DNA of 40,511 bases from an uncultured Paludibacteraceae bacterium (GTDB taxonomy: Bacteria; Bacteroidota; Bacteroidia; Bacteroidales; Paludibacteraceae), in assembly GCA_964449415.1 (NCBI GenBank), contig CAYUYS010000001.1:1-40511 (forward strand), written 5' to 3'. Shown here in pieces: positions 37,584-40,511 of the stretch (positions within the stretch are counted from its first letter, which is position 1; each line of letters begins with the position of its first letter). The translations under genes were made by a program, and so were the position numbers. The notes under the pieces are model-generated. The model ran no database searches, was not told the DNA's origin, and saw nothing but the letters and a program-made list of their open reading frames with translations.

Positions 37584-38387
37584 ATGGACGATTTACTTTT
37601 TCAGAGTTTTGGTAGCGGGAGCAGCGGCAATTGCTATTTTGTCGGGACAGCAACACGGGGAATCCTGATTGACGCGGGTATCGGTGTGCGCACCATACGC
37701 AAGCATTTACGCAATATGGGGCTCGACTTCCACAACATCCGGGGCATATTTGTCACACACGACCACGCCGACCACATACGCGCAGTAGGCTCGTTGGGCG
37801 AACGCTATCACATTCCGGTCTATACCACCCCCGAAATACATGTGGGCATAAACCGGAACTATGGCGTAACGGAAAAGCTGAAGACCTGCCAACGCTACGT
37901 GGAAAAGAACGTGCCCTTCCGGCTGGCCGAGTTCCGCATCACGCCCTTCCCGCTGTCGCACGATTCGACCGACTGCGTGGGCTATTTCATCAAATACAAC
38001 GACAAGACCATCACCTTTGCCACCGATCTGGGCACGACCAACGAACATCTGGCGCGTTTCATACAGCAAAGCAACCACCTCGTGTTTGAAGCAAACTACG
38101 ATGTGGACATGCTGCTGCACGGCTCCTATCCCGAATACCTGAAGACACGCATCCTGTCGGACACCGGCCACTTGAGCAACGACGACTGTGGCATCTTCCT
38201 GGCCCGAAACTACCACAAGGAGCTGAAAAACATATTCCTGTGCCACCTGAGCAAGGAAAACAACACGCCCCGGCTGGCATACGACACCGTAAGCCAATAC
38301 CTGGAACAGGCGGGCATTAGGGTAGGCACAGATGTGGCCTTGCAGCCACTGAGCCGCACCACGCCCTCCGAACTGTACAAACTATAA
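37584..38387 (+). CDS. MBL-fold metallo-hydrolase
   Basis: 267 aa with the N-terminal FGSGSSGNCYF and the metal motif THDHADH. Later His/Asp ligands are present (SHDSTD, DTGHLSN). Confidence 0.88.
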   Translation: MDDLLFQSFGSGSSGNCYFVGTATRGILIDAGIGVRTIRKHLRNMGLDFHNIRGIFVTHDHADHIRAVGSLGERYHIPVYTTPEIHVGINRNYGVTEKLKTCQRYVEKNVPFRLAEFRITPFPLSHDSTDCVGYFIKYNDKTITFATDLGTTNEHLARFIQQSNHLVFEANYDVDMLLHGSYPEYLKTRILSDTGHLSNDDCGIFLARNYHKELKNIFLCHLSKENNTPRLAYDTVSQYLEQAGIRVGTDVALQPLSRTTPSELYKL

Positions 38388-38399
38388 AACTTCCCGCGT

Positions 38400-39134
38400 A
38401 TGAAATTAGTCATTATCCCGACCTACAACGAAAAGGAAAACATTGAAAACATTATCCGTGCGGTGTTCGACCTGCCGGGCGATTTTCACATTCTGGTCAT
38501 TGACGATAATTCGCCGGATGCCACCGCCACCATTGTCAAACGCTTGCAGGAAACCTTTCCCGCAAGGCTGCATCTGATAGAACGCGCCGGCAAGCTGGGA
38601 CTGGGCACTGCCTACATAACCGGCTTCAAATGGGGCATTGCACAGGGATACGACTATTTCTTCGAAATGGATGCCGACTTTTCGCACAACCCGGCCGACT
38701 TGCCCAAACTCTACGAGGCCTGCGCCACCCAAGGCGCGGACCTGGCCATCGGCTCGCGCTACGTGAGCGGCGTCAATGTGGTGAACTGGCCGATGGGGCG
38801 CGTGCTGATGTCCTACTTTGCCAGCAAATACGTGCGTTGCATACTCGGCATCAACATAACCGACACGACGGCCGGATTTGTATGCTACCGCCGGCAGGTG
38901 TTGGAAACCATCGAATTAGACAAAATCAGGTTCAAAGGCTATGCCTTCCAGATAGAAATGAAATTCACCGCCACCCAATGCGGCTTCAAGGTGCGGGAAG
39001 TACCCATTATTTTCATCAACCGCGAACTGGGCACCTCCAAGATGAACGGCGGCATAATCAACGAAGCCGTGTGGGGCGTGATACGCCTGAAAATCCAAAG
39101 CTGGTTCCGCAAATACCCGCAAAAGCCATGTTGA
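38400..39134 (+). CDS. Polyprenol-phosphate mannosyltransferase-like GT2 (Dpm1 family)
   Basis: 244 aa and soluble. Motifs are [21 protein letters not shown] and MDADFSHNP. Confidence 0.88.
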   Translation: MKLVIIPTYNEKENIENIIRAVFDLPGDFHILVIDDNSPDATATIVKRLQETFPARLHLIERAGKLGLGTAYITGFKWGIAQGYDYFFEMDADFSHNPADLPKLYEACATQGADLAIGSRYVSGVNVVNWPMGRVLMSYFASKYVRCILGINITDTTAGFVCYRRQVLETIELDKIRFKGYAFQIEMKFTATQCGFKVREVPIIFINRELGTSKMNGGIINEAVWGVIRLKIQSWFRKYPQKPC

Positions 39135-40465
39135 TCTACAACGCCACCATTATCAACGAAAACCGACGCTTCGTGGGGAGTGTGGAGATAGAAGGGCAGC
39201 GCATCGGACACATACACGAAGGGCCGGCCGCTGCCGACCGGATAGCCAGGCACCCGGACAGCCTCGATGCACAGGGCCTGTGGCTGTTGCCCGGCGCTAT
39301 CGACGACCAGGTACACTTCCGCGAACCGGGCCTGACGCACAAGGCGGACATATACACGGAAAGCCGTGCGGCCGTGGCCGGCGGCGTAACGTCGTTTATG
39401 GACATGCCCAACACCCTGCCACAAACCACCACCCAAGCATTGCTGGAAGAGAAATACGCGCTCGGCGCGGAGAAATCCATCGCCAACTACAGCTTCTACA
39501 TGGGTGCCACCAACGACAACTTAGCCGAACTGAAAAAGACCGACCCGCGCACCGTGTGCGGCGTGAAGGTGTTCATGGGCGCATCCACGGGCAACATGCT
39601 GGTGGACGACGCGCGGGCATTGGAGCGGATATTTGCCGAAGTGCCCCTCCTCATAGCCACCCACAACGAAGACGAGGCCACCATACAGGCCAACAAGGCC
39701 AAATGCCTGGCCCGGTGGGGAAATGACCTGCCCATAGCCTGCCACCCCCTCATCCGCGACGCGGAAGCCTGTTACAAATCGTCGGCAAAGGCCGTAGAAC
39801 TGGCGCACAAACACAACACACGGCTGCACATCCTGCATCTTTCCACCGAAAAAGAACTCCACCTCTTCGACGCCGGGCCGCCGGCCGACAAGCAAGTGAC
39901 CGCCGAAGTGTGCGTGCATCACTTGTGGTTTTCCGACCAAGACTACGCCACGTACGGCTCCCGGATCAAGTGGAACCCGGCCATCAAGCGTCGGGCCGAC
40001 CGCGATGCCCTGCGCACCGCCCTCAACGAAGGCCGCATAGATGTCGTGGCCACCGACCACGCCCCGCACCTCCTATCCGAAAAGGCGGGTTCGTGCCTCC
40101 GGGCCGCCTCCGGCGGGCCCATGGTGCAGCACTCGTTAGTGGCCATGCTGGAGCTGGCGGCACAAGGCTGCTTCACGCCCGAAAAAGTGGTGGAAAAAAT
40201 GTGCCACGCACCGGCCGAACTGTTTCGCATCCGCCACCGCGGCTACATACGCGAAGGCTATTACGCCGACCTTGTGCTGCTCAACCCCAACGAGCCTTGG
40301 GAAGTGAAGCCCGGCAACCTGCTGAGCAAATGCGGCTGGTCGCCCATGGAGGGGCAGACCTTCCGGCACAAGGTAGCCAAAACCTGGGTCAACGGCCGTA
40401 TCGTGTATGACAACGGCCGCATAGTAGAAGGCAGTCGCGGCCGGCGGCTCCTGTTCGACCGCTGA
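39128..40465 (+). CDS. pyrC: Dihydroorotase (amidohydrolase superfamily)
   Basis: 445 aa from [11 protein letters not shown]. Motifs are [33 protein letters not shown] and ATDHAPH. The ORF-track start at 38630 is an out-of-context 5' extension that overlaps the upstream gene in another frame. Confidence 0.85.
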   Translation: MLIYNATIINENRRFVGSVEIEGQRIGHIHEGPAAADRIARHPDSLDAQGLWLLPGAIDDQVHFREPGLTHKADIYTESRAAVAGGVTSFMDMPNTLPQTTTQALLEEKYALGAEKSIANYSFYMGATNDNLAELKKTDPRTVCGVKVFMGASTGNMLVDDARALERIFAEVPLLIATHNEDEATIQANKAKCLARWGNDLPIACHPLIRDAEACYKSSAKAVELAHKHNTRLHILHLSTEKELHLFDAGPPADKQVTAEVCVHHLWFSDQDYATYGSRIKWNPAIKRRADRDALRTALNEGRIDVVATDHAPHLLSEKAGSCLRAASGGPMVQHSLVAMLELAAQGCFTPEKVVEKMCHAPAELFRIRHRGYIREGYYADLVLLNPNEPWEVKPGNLLSKCGWSPMEGQTFRHKVAKTWVNGRIVYDNGRIVEGSRGRRLLFDR

Positions 40466-40511
40466 CGGCCCCTCGCCCCGCATACCCGACAAAGACCTTA
40501 CCTGCGCTATC

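Noticed and set aside
38630-39127. N-terminal 166-aa extension of the dihydroorotase ORF (ORF track 38630-40465).
   Set aside because: The extension overlaps the well-supported Dpm1-like GT2 in another frame and is Arg/His/Gln-rich. The canonical DHOase N-terminus ([11 protein letters not shown]) starts at 39128.
37584-40465. Noticeably higher GC, especially at third codon positions, in the MBL-GT2-pyrC block. Many long ORFs appear in several frames, which suggested a horizontally acquired island.
   Set aside because: These genes keep the same distinctive usage seen across the window (frequent ATA-Ile, no SD, the same promoter box type). They are housekeeping functions with no mobility genes or repeats at the borders. 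glyQS shows a similar GC3 bias. A sliding-window GC/GC3 calculation would be needed to say more.
1-40511. Scan for tRNA, rRNA, IS elements, integrases, toxin-antitoxin pairs and known defence genes.
   Set aside because: No T-loop or acceptor-like tRNA signatures, rRNA-like segments, transposase or integrase ORFs, or small paired ORFs were seen. Every ORF longer than 140 aa outside shadow frames is accounted for by a housekeeping or envelope function.

Overview
This 40.5-kb window looks like conserved core chromosome from a Bacteroidota genome. It is probably a Bacteroidales lineage that carries a type IX secretion system (T9SS). Supporting signs are intermediate GC by eye, no Shine-Dalgarno sequences, frequent ATA-Ile codons and TAnnTTTG-type promoter boxes. 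Left arm (minus strand): a secreted TPR/PD40-repeat protein, an apparent lysC-lysA-GT2 operon and a PlsC-like acyltransferase. Centre (plus strand, about 6.5-22.3 kb): a complete, tightly packed dcw cluster, mraZ-rsmH-ftsL-ftsI-murE-mraY-murD-ftsW-murG-murC-ftsQ-ftsA-ftsZ, followed by a YqeY-like gene, a TPR gene and a DedA gene. Right arm: a 709-bp gene-free island, ruvA, the 2472-aa T9SS translocon gene sprA, a DsbD-like membrane thiol-disulfide protein, glyQS, a small orphan lipoprotein, an MBL-fold hydrolase, a Dpm1-like GT2 and dihydroorotase. I found no rRNA, tRNA, CRISPR array, IS element, integrase, or recognisable defence or toxin genes. I do not see a convincing new multigene system. 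The least explained stretch is the dedA-ruvA island, which holds five tandem 22-bp units (two with perfect 9+1+9 palindromes) and other dispersed repeat modules. Smaller observations: a likely MraZ operator, an internal promoter before murC, a near-leaderless MBL gene, a PASTA-like tail on FtsI, a Gln in place of the first His of the dihydroorotase HxH motif, and a processive-type GT2 tightly coupled to lysA. All family calls come from motif recognition by eye; no database search was run.
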